A stretch of DNA of 64,000 bases. Source: Candidatus Kapaibacterium sp. Its GTDB lineage: Bacteria; Bacteroidota; Ignavibacteria; Kapaibacteriales; UBA2268. The notes beneath the pieces are model-generated. The model had not been told where the DNA came from, searched no databases, and saw only the letters and a program-made list of their open reading frames with translations. Positions 40,206 to 50,347 of this stretch are shown piece after piece (position 1 is the stretch's first letter; each line of letters begins with the position of its first letter). The position numbers and the translations under genes are program-made. The DNA is taken from positions 640,001-704,000 of the forward strand of contig OY761611.1 of the NCBI GenBank assembly GCA_963664875.1, given 5' to 3'.

Positions 40206-41309
40206 TTAGCTATTTTCTTCCGGTTGGAATTCCATAACTTCTTTATATACCTCAGCAACGATATCCTCTTCTGCGATAGTCCTGACTATTTCGCCTTTTT
40301 TGAAAAGCAAGGCTTTCCCTTTACCGCATGCTAAGCCGATATCCGCTTCTTTTGCTTCGCCTGGACCATTAACAGCACAGCCCATGACTGCAAGTTTAAC
40401 CGGTTTTTTTATTCCTGCCAGTGCTGCCTCAAGTTTCTTAGTAATTGAGAACAAGTCAACCTCTAACCTACCACATGTAGGACAGGAAATTAGCTCAACG
40501 TTTCTTTGTGCAAGCCCAAGAGAACGCAATATTTCTTTGCCCACTTCTACTTCATGTTCCGGTTCGTCCGTTAAAGAGACTCTAATGGTATCTCCAATAC
40601 CTTCGGCAAGAAGAGTCCCTATACCCACTGAACTTTTGATAGTACCAACCCGAATCGTTCCTGCCTCAGTTACACCAAGATGCAAAGGAATATCAGTCCT
40701 TGCAGCTATCAATCTATAGGCATCAAGCATAAGTTTGACATTGGTTGATTTCACCGATACGATTAGATTATCGAATCCATGATCACGAGCTATATTTATG
40801 TGACGCATTGCACTATCATACAAAGCTTCGGCGGTAGGATAGCCATATTTTTCAAGCAAATCTTTTTCCAGAGAACCTGAATTAACACCAATACGGATAG
40901 GAATATTAGCACCTTTTGCTTTGTTTAGTACTTGTTTTATCCGCTCTTCATCGCCGATGTTTCCGGGATTTATCCTGACTTTGGATACACCTGCGTCAAT
41001 TGCCTCTAAAGCAAAAATGTAATTGAAATGAATATCAGCAACAATTGGCACTTCCACCTGTTTGATGATTTCTTTCATGGCAGCAGCAGCTTCTTTGTTA
41101 TTGACAGTGATTCTTACAATGTCAGCGCCTGCCTCCTGCACTCTTTTCACCTGTTCTACTGTTGCTTTTACATCAGCTGTCTTAGTCTTTGTCATAGTTT
41201 GTACAGCTATGGGTGAATCTCCTCCGATAGGAACTCCACCGATGTATATTTTTTTTGAAACGCGACGTTTGAAAGTAGTTTTAACGTCTGTGTTTTCTAT
41301 AGGAATCAT
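40206..41309 (-). CDS. ispG: (E)-4-hydroxy-3-methylbut-2-enyl-diphosphate synthase
   Basis: VADIHF, RINPGN, RIGVNSGS, LHLGVTEAG, SCPTCGR, MGCAVNGPGEA. Confidence 0.98.
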   Translation of the reverse strand: MIPIENTDVKTTFKRRVSKKIYIGGVPIGGDSPIAVQTMTKTKTADVKATVEQVKRVQEAGADIVRITVNNKEAAAAMKEIIKQVEVPIVADIHFNYIFALEAIDAGVSKVRINPGNIGDEERIKQVLNKAKGANIPIRIGVNSGSLEKDLLEKYGYPTAEALYDSAMRHINIARDHGFDNLIVSVKSTNVKLMLDAYRLIAARTDIPLHLGVTEAGTIRVGTIKSSVGIGTLLAEGIGDTIRVSLTDEPEHEVEVGKEILRSLGLAQRNVELISCPTCGRLEVDLFSITKKLEAALAGIKKPVKLAVMGCAVNGPGEAKEADIGLACGKGKALLFKKGEIVRTIAEEDIVAEVYKEVMEFQPEENS

Positions 41310-41322
41310 GTTATTGTCTCAC

Positions 41323-42300
41323 TTATAGTTTCTTACTAAGCTCATTGAGAATATGTTTTTCTTTTTCTGTAAGATTTTGATAGCCGGTAGCACTAATTTT
41401 GTCGAGTATTTCATCGAGCATCTCTTGCGGAATTTCAACACCGTCAATGGTATATGACTTAGAAGAACTCGGCTTATTGCTTACAGAATTTGATTTATTA
41501 GATTGATATTCTTTGTCAAATTGATAAATTTTCGGTTCACGACTGTAGTATTGCTTTTCTTTGAATACCGGCTCTTGATAAGTTTGTCTTTTTGAAGCTC
41601 CAAATAAAGAAAACAATCCTATATCATCACCAAATTTCAACAGAAACCATCCGGTGATTGCCCCACCAAGGTGAGCGAAGTATGCTACACCGTCATTTGA
41701 AAGAAAACCAAACAGAATTTGCAATCCACCGATTATTAACACAAATGTTTTTGCAGGAATAGGGATAAAAATCGGGAACATAAATACAGACCGATTCGGA
41801 AAACTGAGCCCAAAGGCTAAAAGTACCCCAAATATAGAACCTGACGCTCCAATTGTGAGTCCTGCCGAACCAAGAAGCGGTGGTATTATAAGCTGAAAGA
41901 TGCCGGCTCCAATACCGGAAAGAAGATAATATATAAGAAACTTTTTAGACCCCCAAAGATTTTCCAATTCCATACCGAACATCCACAATGCAAACATATT
42001 AAATAGGATGTGAGTAAAATCTCCATGTAGAAATTGGTATGTAATAAGCTGAACAGGAGTCATTAAAATATCTAATGAGTTAAAATCGCTTATCGGATTC
42101 AAGCCAAAATATAATCTCATTAGATTAGTTAAAGATATTCTGCTAATAGAACCATCAAAAGGACTGGGTACTGTAAATTGCGAAAGAAAAAGAAATTGCA
42201 GAATAAAAATGGCAACATTGATTATTATCAAATATTTAATCACAGGAGGCATTACTCCTCTACCCATTCCCATTCCGCCAAACTGGCTTTTGTACGTCAT
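41323..42300 (-). CDS. Rhomboid intramembrane serine protease with C-terminal soluble domain
   Basis: HILFNM, GASG catalytic Ser, AHLGG catalytic His; LDEILDKIS..GY..LT..EK tail. Confidence 0.92.
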   Translation of the reverse strand: MTYKSQFGGMGMGRGVMPPVIKYLIIINVAIFILQFLFLSQFTVPSPFDGSISRISLTNLMRLYFGLNPISDFNSLDILMTPVQLITYQFLHGDFTHILFNMFALWMFGMELENLWGSKKFLIYYLLSGIGAGIFQLIIPPLLGSAGLTIGASGSIFGVLLAFGLSFPNRSVFMFPIFIPIPAKTFVLIIGGLQILFGFLSNDGVAYFAHLGGAITGWFLLKFGDDIGLFSLFGASKRQTYQEPVFKEKQYYSREPKIYQFDKEYQSNKSNSVSNKPSSSKSYTIDGVEIPQEMLDEILDKISATGYQNLTEKEKHILNELSKKL

Positions 42301-42322
42301 TTCAACCTGATTATTTGTTTAA

Positions 42323-42706
42323 CTAATTCATTGATAAAAATATTGTTCGTGCTGATTTGTTCACATTGTCCATATTTTGATAAAACTCTTTCCAAAGCGT
42401 TATAAATTCGTCCCAAGATTTGATAAATTCCTCTGCATCCTGCGGATATAAATCCCAGCTATAAACAACTCTATCAAAAGCTCTTAGAAGATCCGCTTTT
42501 TTGTTTGGGATATTACCTTGTGTAACGAGCAAGTCAGGTAATATATTCAATATTTTTGCAATAAATTTGAATATTTCACCAACAGTGCTGCTTAATTTTT
42601 CGTTAAGCTCATATTTTGATTTCAGCAAATCTATCAAACTCTGAGTCGAATTAAGAATAGAATCTACCATTTTAAAATGATTTTCAAAACCTGCATGATT
42701 TTCCAT
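42323..42706 (-). CDS. Hypothetical helical protein
   Basis: 127-aa ORF filling the gap, with a strong GAGAGGA RBS; no recognised motif. Confidence 0.65.
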   Translation of the reverse strand: MENHAGFENHFKMVDSILNSTQSLIDLLKSKYELNEKLSSTVGEIFKFIAKILNILPDLLVTQGNIPNKKADLLRAFDRVVYSWDLYPQDAEEFIKSWDEFITLWKEFYQNMDNVNKSARTIFLSMN

Positions 42707-42731
42707 AACATCCTCTCACTTGCTTTTATAT

Positions 42732-42759
42732 AAATAACGGGACAAATGTCCCGCTATTT
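42732..42759 (-). terminator. Hairpin after pgk
   Basis: CGGGAC...GTCCCG core with AT extension, downstream of the pgk stop. Confidence 0.45.
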
Positions 42760-42787
42760 CAAAAAGTTTTCTTCCACAAACGAATAC

Positions 42788-43975
42788 TTAGTATTCCAAA
42801 GCTTCTATGCCCGGTAGTATTTTACCTTCCATGAATTTTAACCATGCACCACCACCCGGTGTAACGTGTGTTACTTTATTCATGAAATTCATCTTTTTAA
42901 TTGCTGCTGCCGAATCACCACCACCAATAATAGTAGTTGCTCCTTTTGCAGTTACATTTGCTAAAGCATTCGACACAGCATAAGTTCCTTTTGCAAAAGC
43001 TGCCATTTCGAATACCCCCATAGGACCATTCCAAACTACAGTTTGAGCAGTAGCGATTTCGTTAGAGAATATTTCTCTTGTTTCTTCGCCAATATCCATG
43101 CCTAACCAATCCGAAGGAATGTTATCAAATGATACGGTTTTATGATTAGCATGTTTCGCAAATTGATCTGCGACAACAACATCTGTTGGGATAATCAATT
43201 TAACATTTTGAGATTTAGCATATTCAATCAGTTCTTTTGCCAATTCAATTTTGTCTTCTTCGAATATAGATCTTCCGATTTCTTTACCGAGAGCTTTTAA
43301 GAACGTAAACATCATACCACCGCCAACTAATACTGTATCGCAAGTATCAATCAAGCGACGGATTACGTCGATTTTGTCCGAGATTTTTGCACCACCAACT
43401 ACTGCAACGTAAGGGTGTTTTGCATTTTTAATAGCATTATCAAGATATTCAATTTCCCAGCTAAGAGACTTGCCGGCAAATCGGTTTTCAAATAATTTCG
43501 GAAGTTCGTAAACACTAGAGTGGTGTCTGTGAACAGTTCCAAAAGCATCATTTATGTAAGAATCAGCTAAGGGACGCAATATTTTTGCAAATTCCAAATC
43601 ATTAGCTGTTTCGTAGTTATAAAATCTCAAATTTTCTAAGAGGATAACGTCTCCGACTTTAGCATTTTCTACAGCATCTTGAGGTGCTTTGCCAAGGCAA
43701 TCCTGAGCAAAAACGATATTGTATCCCCATTTTTCTTCCATATACTCAGCAACAGGCTCTAAGGAAAATTTTTTAACCCATTTTCCCTTAGGTCTCCCCA
43801 AGTGCGAAATAATTATAGGAATACCACCATCATTGATAACTTTGTCTATAGTAGGCAAAGATTCAACTATCCTCAAATCATCTGTTATTTTTCTTTCGTC
43901 GAGAGGCACATTAAAATCGACTCTAATCATTACTTTCTGATCTTCGAAAGAGTAATTGTCTATTTTTTTGATCAT
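42788..43975 (-). CDS. pgk: Phosphoglycerate kinase
   Basis: RVDFNVP, SHLGRP, ENLRF, DAFGTVHR, GGAKISDK, WNGPMGVFE, GGGDS. C-terminal motif is atypical (TPGGGAWLK). Confidence 0.92.
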   Translation of the reverse strand: MIKKIDNYSFEDQKVMIRVDFNVPLDERKITDDLRIVESLPTIDKVINDGGIPIIISHLGRPKGKWVKKFSLEPVAEYMEEKWGYNIVFAQDCLGKAPQDAVENAKVGDVILLENLRFYNYETANDLEFAKILRPLADSYINDAFGTVHRHHSSVYELPKLFENRFAGKSLSWEIEYLDNAIKNAKHPYVAVVGGAKISDKIDVIRRLIDTCDTVLVGGGMMFTFLKALGKEIGRSIFEEDKIELAKELIEYAKSQNVKLIIPTDVVVADQFAKHANHKTVSFDNIPSDWLGMDIGEETREIFSNEIATAQTVVWNGPMGVFEMAAFAKGTYAVSNALANVTAKGATTIIGGGDSAAAIKKMNFMNKVTHVTPGGGAWLKFMEGKILPGIEALEY

Positions 43976-44017
43976 TACATCACCGCAGAAATTAAATTTT
44001 TGAATTATACTAACTTA

Positions 44018-44025
44018 CAAAAATA
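44018..44025 (-). promoter_or_regulatory. -7 promoter box (TATTTTTG) for pgk
   Basis: TAnnTTTG within a 15-mer identical to the one upstream of gyrB. Confidence 0.5.
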
Positions 44026-44052
44026 AGTAAACGAACGAAACTCCAAAAAATT

Positions 44053-44088
44053 AAAAGAATTCCCCAAAAAATGTCAGGGAATTCTTTT
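44053..44088 (-). terminator. Intrinsic terminator after gap
   Basis: AAAAGAATTCCC / GGGAATTCTTTT 12-bp stem. Confidence 0.65.
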
Positions 44089-44109
44089 TTCAAATATATT
44101 TTTTGTCGC

Positions 44110-45120
<1,011 letters not shown>

Positions 45121-45229
45121 CTATGAATGAACACTTTTTTTGATAATTAATTGCTTAGTCTCGAAAATTAAGACTTTATCTTTAATTAGGCAATTTAGTT
45201 TTGTTAATTATATGATTTAGCGATATTAT

Positions 45230-46543
45230 CTATTTCTCAGTCTTATATGGTACCTGATGATATAAAGCTCTAACAGGTTCTAAGCCCAAAGCAGTTCCTT
45301 CCTGAATAGCTTTTAAGACTGCTCCGCCTCCGGTAAATATGTAATATTTAGGGCTATCAAGAGCAACTATATATAATCCCGGCAGTAATCGTTTCAGTTC
45401 CTGCATGGTATCGCCGCCACCATATAGCTTTACAGCTTCGCGATTTTCGTCTATTGTCTCATCTAATGCTATTGTTCCTTCGTTGAAGTAAGGAGTATAT
45501 CCCATAACTGCATTTACAAAAATCATTTTTGCATTGTGGAAAATATCTTTTACATGTTGGTCTTCAAATGACTCTTTTGCGACATCGAGTATATAGTTAA
45601 GCTGGTCGCCTTCTTTCAAATCAGTTACTTTATGGATTCTGTATTTTCCTTCAATTTTCCCCTCCATAGTATCTGATTCGATTATGTAAGGGAGCTCAAT
45701 AAGTTTGTCTTTATGGTTCTTAGCAAAATCTACAAATTTTGCAGCATGCTTCAAATCTTCATCATCTATACCTTTGATACTTATGCCGTACTTCGCTGCT
45801 ATATAAGCATTGTACATTACTCCGCCAAGCACTACGTAGTCAGCTTTATTCATAAGTGCATATAGAGAATCGATTTTTGTATCAAATTTGGAACCTGCCA
45901 CTACAGCTACAAACGGCTTTTCAGGATTAAATATCCTATCTAAGTTTTCTATTTCTTTCTGCAGCAAAAAGCCTGCATAAGAAGGTAGGTATTTCGCAAC
46001 AGTATAAGTCGAAGCATGTGGTTGCCAGCTACCAAACGCATCATTGACATAAACATCTGCAAGACCGGCCAACTGATTGGCAAATCTTTCGGCTTCTTCC
46101 CCATTGCCTTCTTCACCGGCAAACCATCGGGTATTCGGCAAATAAACAGCATCAAGGTCGCTTTCTTTTAGTTCTTTGATTAAGTGATTTATTGAAGTTT
46201 CGATACCAATATAACCTTTACTCTCATCCTTGTAGAAAGTAGGTTCTTTGATTTTTATATGCAGTTTGCTTTTTAGATAATCTATGATAGGCTGCACAGA
46301 AGTATCATTAGAAATTTCTATCTTTCCGTTTTTTTTGTTTTTTGGTCTGCCAACATGGCTCATAAGTATAATTTTTCCACCTTTGGCATTTATATAATAT
46401 AAAGTGCCTAAAGTCGCATCTATTCTATATGGGTCATGAATTACCCCCTTTTTTACAACATTGTGATCTACTCTGACAAGAACGATTTTCCCGTTCAAAT
46501 CCGCATCTTGGATAAGCGGCAAATTAATCTGTCTGAAATCCAT
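45230..46543 (-). CDS. Divergent phosphoglycerate kinase paralog
   Basis: RVDHNV, SHVGRP, PNTRWF, DAFGSWQPHAS, AGSKFDTK, GGGDT, FTGGGA. ATG at 46543 with GAGGA RBS. Confidence 0.82.
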   Translation of the reverse strand: MDFRQINLPLIQDADLNGKIVLVRVDHNVVKKGVIHDPYRIDATLGTLYYINAKGGKIILMSHVGRPKNKKNGKIEISNDTSVQPIIDYLKSKLHIKIKEPTFYKDESKGYIGIETSINHLIKELKESDLDAVYLPNTRWFAGEEGNGEEAERFANQLAGLADVYVNDAFGSWQPHASTYTVAKYLPSYAGFLLQKEIENLDRIFNPEKPFVAVVAGSKFDTKIDSLYALMNKADYVVLGGVMYNAYIAAKYGISIKGIDDEDLKHAAKFVDFAKNHKDKLIELPYIIESDTMEGKIEGKYRIHKVTDLKEGDQLNYILDVAKESFEDQHVKDIFHNAKMIFVNAVMGYTPYFNEGTIALDETIDENREAVKLYGGGDTMQELKRLLPGLYIVALDSPKYYIFTGGGAVLKAIQEGTALGLEPVRALYHQVPYKTEK

Positions 46544-46690
46544 AATATCCTCGAAATATTTTATTATGTTTGACAAGCTATAAGACGAAAGATTCCAAAA
46601 TAAGTTTATCAAAATAAGTTTCAATTATATTTATTTGAGTCTGATATACTTTATTTGGATAATACGATTTTACTAACTAATTTTGTTAAT

Positions 46691-46698
46691 TATGTTTG
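46691..46698 (+). promoter_or_regulatory. -7 promoter box (TATGTTTG) for gcvPA
   Basis: TAnnTTTG 33 nt upstream of the ATG at 46732. Confidence 0.45.
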
Positions 46699-46731
46699 CT
46701 AAAATAAGCTATTAACTTTTTGGAGAATAAA

Positions 46732-48072
46732 ATGGCATTCGTACCTAATACAGACGCCGAACGTCAGGAAATGCTCAGTAAAATTGGTGTAAATAGTTTT
46801 GATGAACTAATTGCAAAAATTCCTGAAGACGTTAGGTTCAAAGGCGAATTAAATTTATTACCTCAGTTGTCAGAATATGAAGTAGTAAAACTGTTAAATA
46901 AATACGCAAACAACAACGTAACAGCAGACCAAAATATAAATTTCATGGGCGGTGGAGCTTATGATCACTTTATTCCTTCGATTGTAGGAACTATAATGGA
47001 TCGCTCCGAATTTAAAACTGCCTATACACCATATCAGGCAGAAGTATCTCAGGGTACTTTGCAGGTAATGTACGAATTCCAGTCTCTAATCGCTGAAATT
47101 ACTGGCATGGATGTAGCAAACGCTTCTATGTATGATGCAGGTACTGCAGTAGCGGAAGCTTGCCACATGGCTCATGCTCAGACAAGAAAAACTGAATTCC
47201 TTGTAGCCGGCAAATTGAATCCTAACTACACTATGGTTATGCACACTTCTTGTGCCGGAAGAGAATACACTTTTAGAGAATTTATCGCTGCTGACGGTTC
47301 TGCTGACATTGAAGCTTTGAAAGCTGCAATCAGCGACAACACTGCCGGCGTTATTGTGCAACAACCTAATGCTTATGGTGTGATTGAAAACGTTAGAGCT
47401 ATAGAAGAAGTAGTTCACTCATCAAAAGCAATGTTTATCGTTTGTGTTAATCCAATGTCTCTTGGTATATTGGAAGCTCCAGGTAATTACAATGCTGACA
47501 TCGTAATCGGTGAAGGTCAGGTATTTGGTATTCCTGTAAGTTTTGGTGGACCTTACTTAGGTCTGTTCGCCTGCAAAGAAAAATTTGTAAGAAAAATTCC
47601 GGGCAGATTGGCTGGAATGACACAAGATTCAGAAGGTAAGAGAGGTTTTGTACTTACATTGCAAACTCGCGAACAGCAAATCAAACGCGAAAAAGCTACT
47701 TCCAATATTTGTACAAACCAAGGATTATTTATGTTAGCAGCTACTGTTTACCTTGAAACTATGGGTAAACAAGGCATCAAAGAAGTTGCTGAGCAATCTT
47801 TCCAAAGAGCTCACTACCTTGCTAATAAAATTTCTGAGTTAAAAGGCTTTAAATTGGCGTTTGACAAACCATTTTTCAACGAATTCCTTGTAGAAACACC
47901 TGTTCCTGCAAAAGAAATCATTTCTGCCGGTGTAGATAAAGGTTTCTTGCCTGGTTTGGATACTACAAGATTTGACGGTTGCCACGAAGGTTTACTTGTT
48001 GCTGTAACAGAAAAACGCACTAAAGAAGAAATGGATAGCTTTGTAGAATTTTTATCAGGCTTTGCTAAGTAA
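46732..48072 (+). CDS. gcvPA: Glycine dehydrogenase (decarboxylating) subunit 1
   Basis: TAYTPYQAEVSQG, ANASMYD, GGPYLG, LQTREQQIKREKATSNICTNQ; GGAG RBS. Confidence 0.95.
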   Translation: MAFVPNTDAERQEMLSKIGVNSFDELIAKIPEDVRFKGELNLLPQLSEYEVVKLLNKYANNNVTADQNINFMGGGAYDHFIPSIVGTIMDRSEFKTAYTPYQAEVSQGTLQVMYEFQSLIAEITGMDVANASMYDAGTAVAEACHMAHAQTRKTEFLVAGKLNPNYTMVMHTSCAGREYTFREFIAADGSADIEALKAAISDNTAGVIVQQPNAYGVIENVRAIEEVVHSSKAMFIVCVNPMSLGILEAPGNYNADIVIGEGQVFGIPVSFGGPYLGLFACKEKFVRKIPGRLAGMTQDSEGKRGFVLTLQTREQQIKREKATSNICTNQGLFMLAATVYLETMGKQGIKEVAEQSFQRAHYLANKISELKGFKLAFDKPFFNEFLVETPVPAKEIISAGVDKGFLPGLDTTRFDGCHEGLLVAVTEKRTKEEMDSFVEFLSGFAK

Positions 48073-48074
48073 AA

Positions 48075-48389
48075 ATGAATCTGGAATTCTTAAAGGCTTA
48101 CGCCGAAAAACCGGAAAACAGAAGAAAAATTGCTCTTTTTTCTTTTTTGTCATTTGTTTTATTGACTCTGACTTTTTCAGAATATGGTCTATACAAGAGA
48201 CTTTCTCTTCTTAGTGATCACAATTCCCTAAGATACGATATGTATCTTTTAAAACAGGAAACTGACAGTCTGAAAAAAGAAATCAGCAATTTGAGAACTA
48301 ACAACCGAGAAATCGAAAGGCTCGCCAGAGAAGACTTTGGTTTAGTCAAAAAAGGGGAAAATATTATATTTTTTCAAAGTAAAAAATAG
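48075..48389 (+). CDS. ftsB: Septum formation initiator FtsB/DivIC family
   Basis: Single TM, coiled coil, IERLAREDFGLVKKGE. Confidence 0.85.
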   Translation: MNLEFLKAYAEKPENRRKIALFSFLSFVLLTLTFSEYGLYKRLSLLSDHNSLRYDMYLLKQETDSLKKEISNLRTNNREIERLAREDFGLVKKGENIIFFQSKK

Positions 48390-48416
48390 TGATTTTCCAA
48401 AATTATATTTATCTTT

Positions 48417-48445
48417 GAGGGACAGCTTATGTCCCTCTTTTTTTT
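48417..48445 (+). terminator. Intrinsic terminator after ftsB
   Basis: GAGGGACA-GCTTA-TGTCCCTC followed by T8. Confidence 0.75.
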
Positions 48446-48453
48446 GGGGTATT

Positions 48454-49377
48454 ATGTATTTTGGAATAGATATTGGCGGCACCTCCATTAAATATGGAGT
48501 TTTAGACAGTGATTTGAATATGGTTGAGCAATCTTCCATCAAAACCAAGTCTGTTACAGATGTTACTGACTTTTCGGCTAAGGTTATCGAAATTATAGAA
48601 TACCTTAGAAAAGAATATATCTGCTGTGATTATATAGGCATAGGTATTCCCGGCACTATCAGCTGCGAAGGAGAAATAATAGTTTCTCCAAACATACCTC
48701 TTTTAGACGGTTTCAATCTAAAACAAGCAATAGAAGATAAGATAGATATAAAAGTCTTTTTAGAAAACGACGCAAATGCTGCTTCATTAGCTGAAATGTA
48801 TGCAGGTGCAGGAAAAGACTTCAAAGATTTCTTGTATGTTACTCTCGGCACAGGTGTTGGCGGCACTATTATATCAGAAAAGAGAATTTTCCTTGGTTCA
48901 GATAGAAATGCCGGAGAAATCGGTCATACAATAATCGATTTCGATGACAAAAGATATTTTGACAGAGAATTCAGGCGAGGAACTCTCGAAGAATTTTTAG
49001 GGAAACATCAAATAGTCGAACTTATGAATTCATTTGCAGCCTCTCCTGTAAGTGGTATTAAAGAACTCCATAGCAGAGCTATGGATAATGACGAAGATGC
49101 TATAAAATGTCTCAATATTTGTGGTGAAATATTAGGTATTGGCCTATCATCTGCTATGAATCTTTTGGGCATTTACAACGTTGTAATTGGTGGCGGTTTG
49201 AGCCATCTTGGTGAAGAACTGTTTCGTTCGACACGCGAGACAATTGCAAAAAGAGCATTGCCAAATGTAACAAAACAGTATCATATTCACCCTGCAAAGT
49301 TTTCAAGCAATGCCGGCATTACCGGTGCAGCTCTTTTAGAAAAGTATTATTCAGATGTTCAACAATCAAATAAGTAG
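48454..49377 (+). CDS. ROK family sugar kinase (glucokinase-like)
   Basis: [34 protein letters not shown] at 48454. Confidence 0.9.
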   Translation: MYFGIDIGGTSIKYGVLDSDLNMVEQSSIKTKSVTDVTDFSAKVIEIIEYLRKEYICCDYIGIGIPGTISCEGEIIVSPNIPLLDGFNLKQAIEDKIDIKVFLENDANAASLAEMYAGAGKDFKDFLYVTLGTGVGGTIISEKRIFLGSDRNAGEIGHTIIDFDDKRYFDREFRRGTLEEFLGKHQIVELMNSFAASPVSGIKELHSRAMDNDEDAIKCLNICGEILGIGLSSAMNLLGIYNVVIGGGLSHLGEELFRSTRETIAKRALPNVTKQYHIHPAKFSSNAGITGAALLEKYYSDVQQSNK

Positions 49378-49385
49378 AGGACAAA

Positions 49386-49766
49386 ATGACAAAAGAAACA
49401 GTTTTTACAGAAAAAGCCCCTAAACCTATAGGACCTTACTCTCAGGCAATCAAAGCAGAAGGTAAATTACTTTTTATTTCCGGTCAAATCCCATACACTG
49501 CCGAAGGTAATTTGGCAGGCGATAACATTAAAGATCAGGCTCATCAGGCTTGCAAAAATATTGGTGCTATCTTAGAAGAAGCCGGTGCTACTTTTGCTAA
49601 CGTAGTAAAAACAACTGTACTCTTGAAAGATATGGGTGATTTCGCTACTGTTAACGAAATTTACAGTGAATATTTCGGTGATTCTAAACCTGCAAGAGCT
49701 GCTTATCAGGTAGCAAAACTTCCTTTGGATGTTATGGTAGAAATCGAAGCAATTGCTGTTCTATAA
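49386..49766 (+). CDS. ridA: RidA/YjgF enamine deaminase
   Basis: [25 protein letters not shown]. Confidence 0.94.
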   Translation: MTKETVFTEKAPKPIGPYSQAIKAEGKLLFISGQIPYTAEGNLAGDNIKDQAHQACKNIGAILEEAGATFANVVKTTVLLKDMGDFATVNEIYSEYFGDSKPARAAYQVAKLPLDVMVEIEAIAVL

Positions 49767-49782
49767 ATATTCTTTTCAGTTA

Positions 49783-49821
49783 GAAAGCCGGTGGATTTAT
49801 CAATTTGCCGGTTTTCCTTTT
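49783..49821 (+). terminator. Hairpin terminator after ridA
   Basis: GAAAGCCGGT...GCCGGTTTTC followed by a T-rich tail. Confidence 0.5.
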
Positions 49822-49843
49822 CAAAAAAATACAAACTATAAAC

Positions 49844-50347
49844 ATGAAGAAATATCTGATTATCGTTTTTCTGTTTTTATGTCGATTTGACCTGTTTGCA
49901 GATGAGTTATCTGATTCTCTAAATGTAAATCATACTATAAAATCCCCTACCGTAGCTACCATCAAATCTGTTATCTTGCCGGGATGGGGTCAGTATTATG
50001 TAGAATCATATTACAAATCAGCAATATTTTTAGGTGCAGAGCTAACATTTGTATATTTTTTAATTGATAATCATTCCAAATATACAGATGCCAAAGCTGA
50101 ATTTGAAGCCGCAAAAGCTAACGGTGCAGATAGCTACCTCATCTCCAGATTAGAACTAAATATGAAAACACATCACAATAACAGAGATCAGACTGCTTTT
50201 TATATGTTAGGCATACACGTACTTTCAGCTATAGATGCCTACGTCGGTGCTCATTTATTTGAATTTGATGTTACAGATGAAATTAAGTTATTTCACCTGC
50301 CAAATCAATATGGCTTGCCTTCCCTACATCTGAGAATAGATTTTTAA
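49844..50347 (+). CDS. DUF5683-like membrane protein
   Basis: SVILPGWGQYY...AIDAYVGAHLFEFD pattern. ATG at 49844. Confidence 0.7.
   Translation: MKKYLIIVFLFLCRFDLFADELSDSLNVNHTIKSPTVATIKSVILPGWGQYYVESYYKSAIFLGAELTFVYFLIDNHSKYTDAKAEFEAAKANGADSYLISRLELNMKTHHNNRDQTAFYMLGIHVLSAIDAYVGAHLFEFDVTDEIKLFHLPNQYGLPSLHLRIDF

Noticed and set aside
40300-41328. Plus-strand ORFs of 62-139 aa opposite ispG (similar ones lie opposite the MCP, gap and pgk)
   Set aside because: Antisense frames of conserved genes with no RBS or motif; expected from codon bias.
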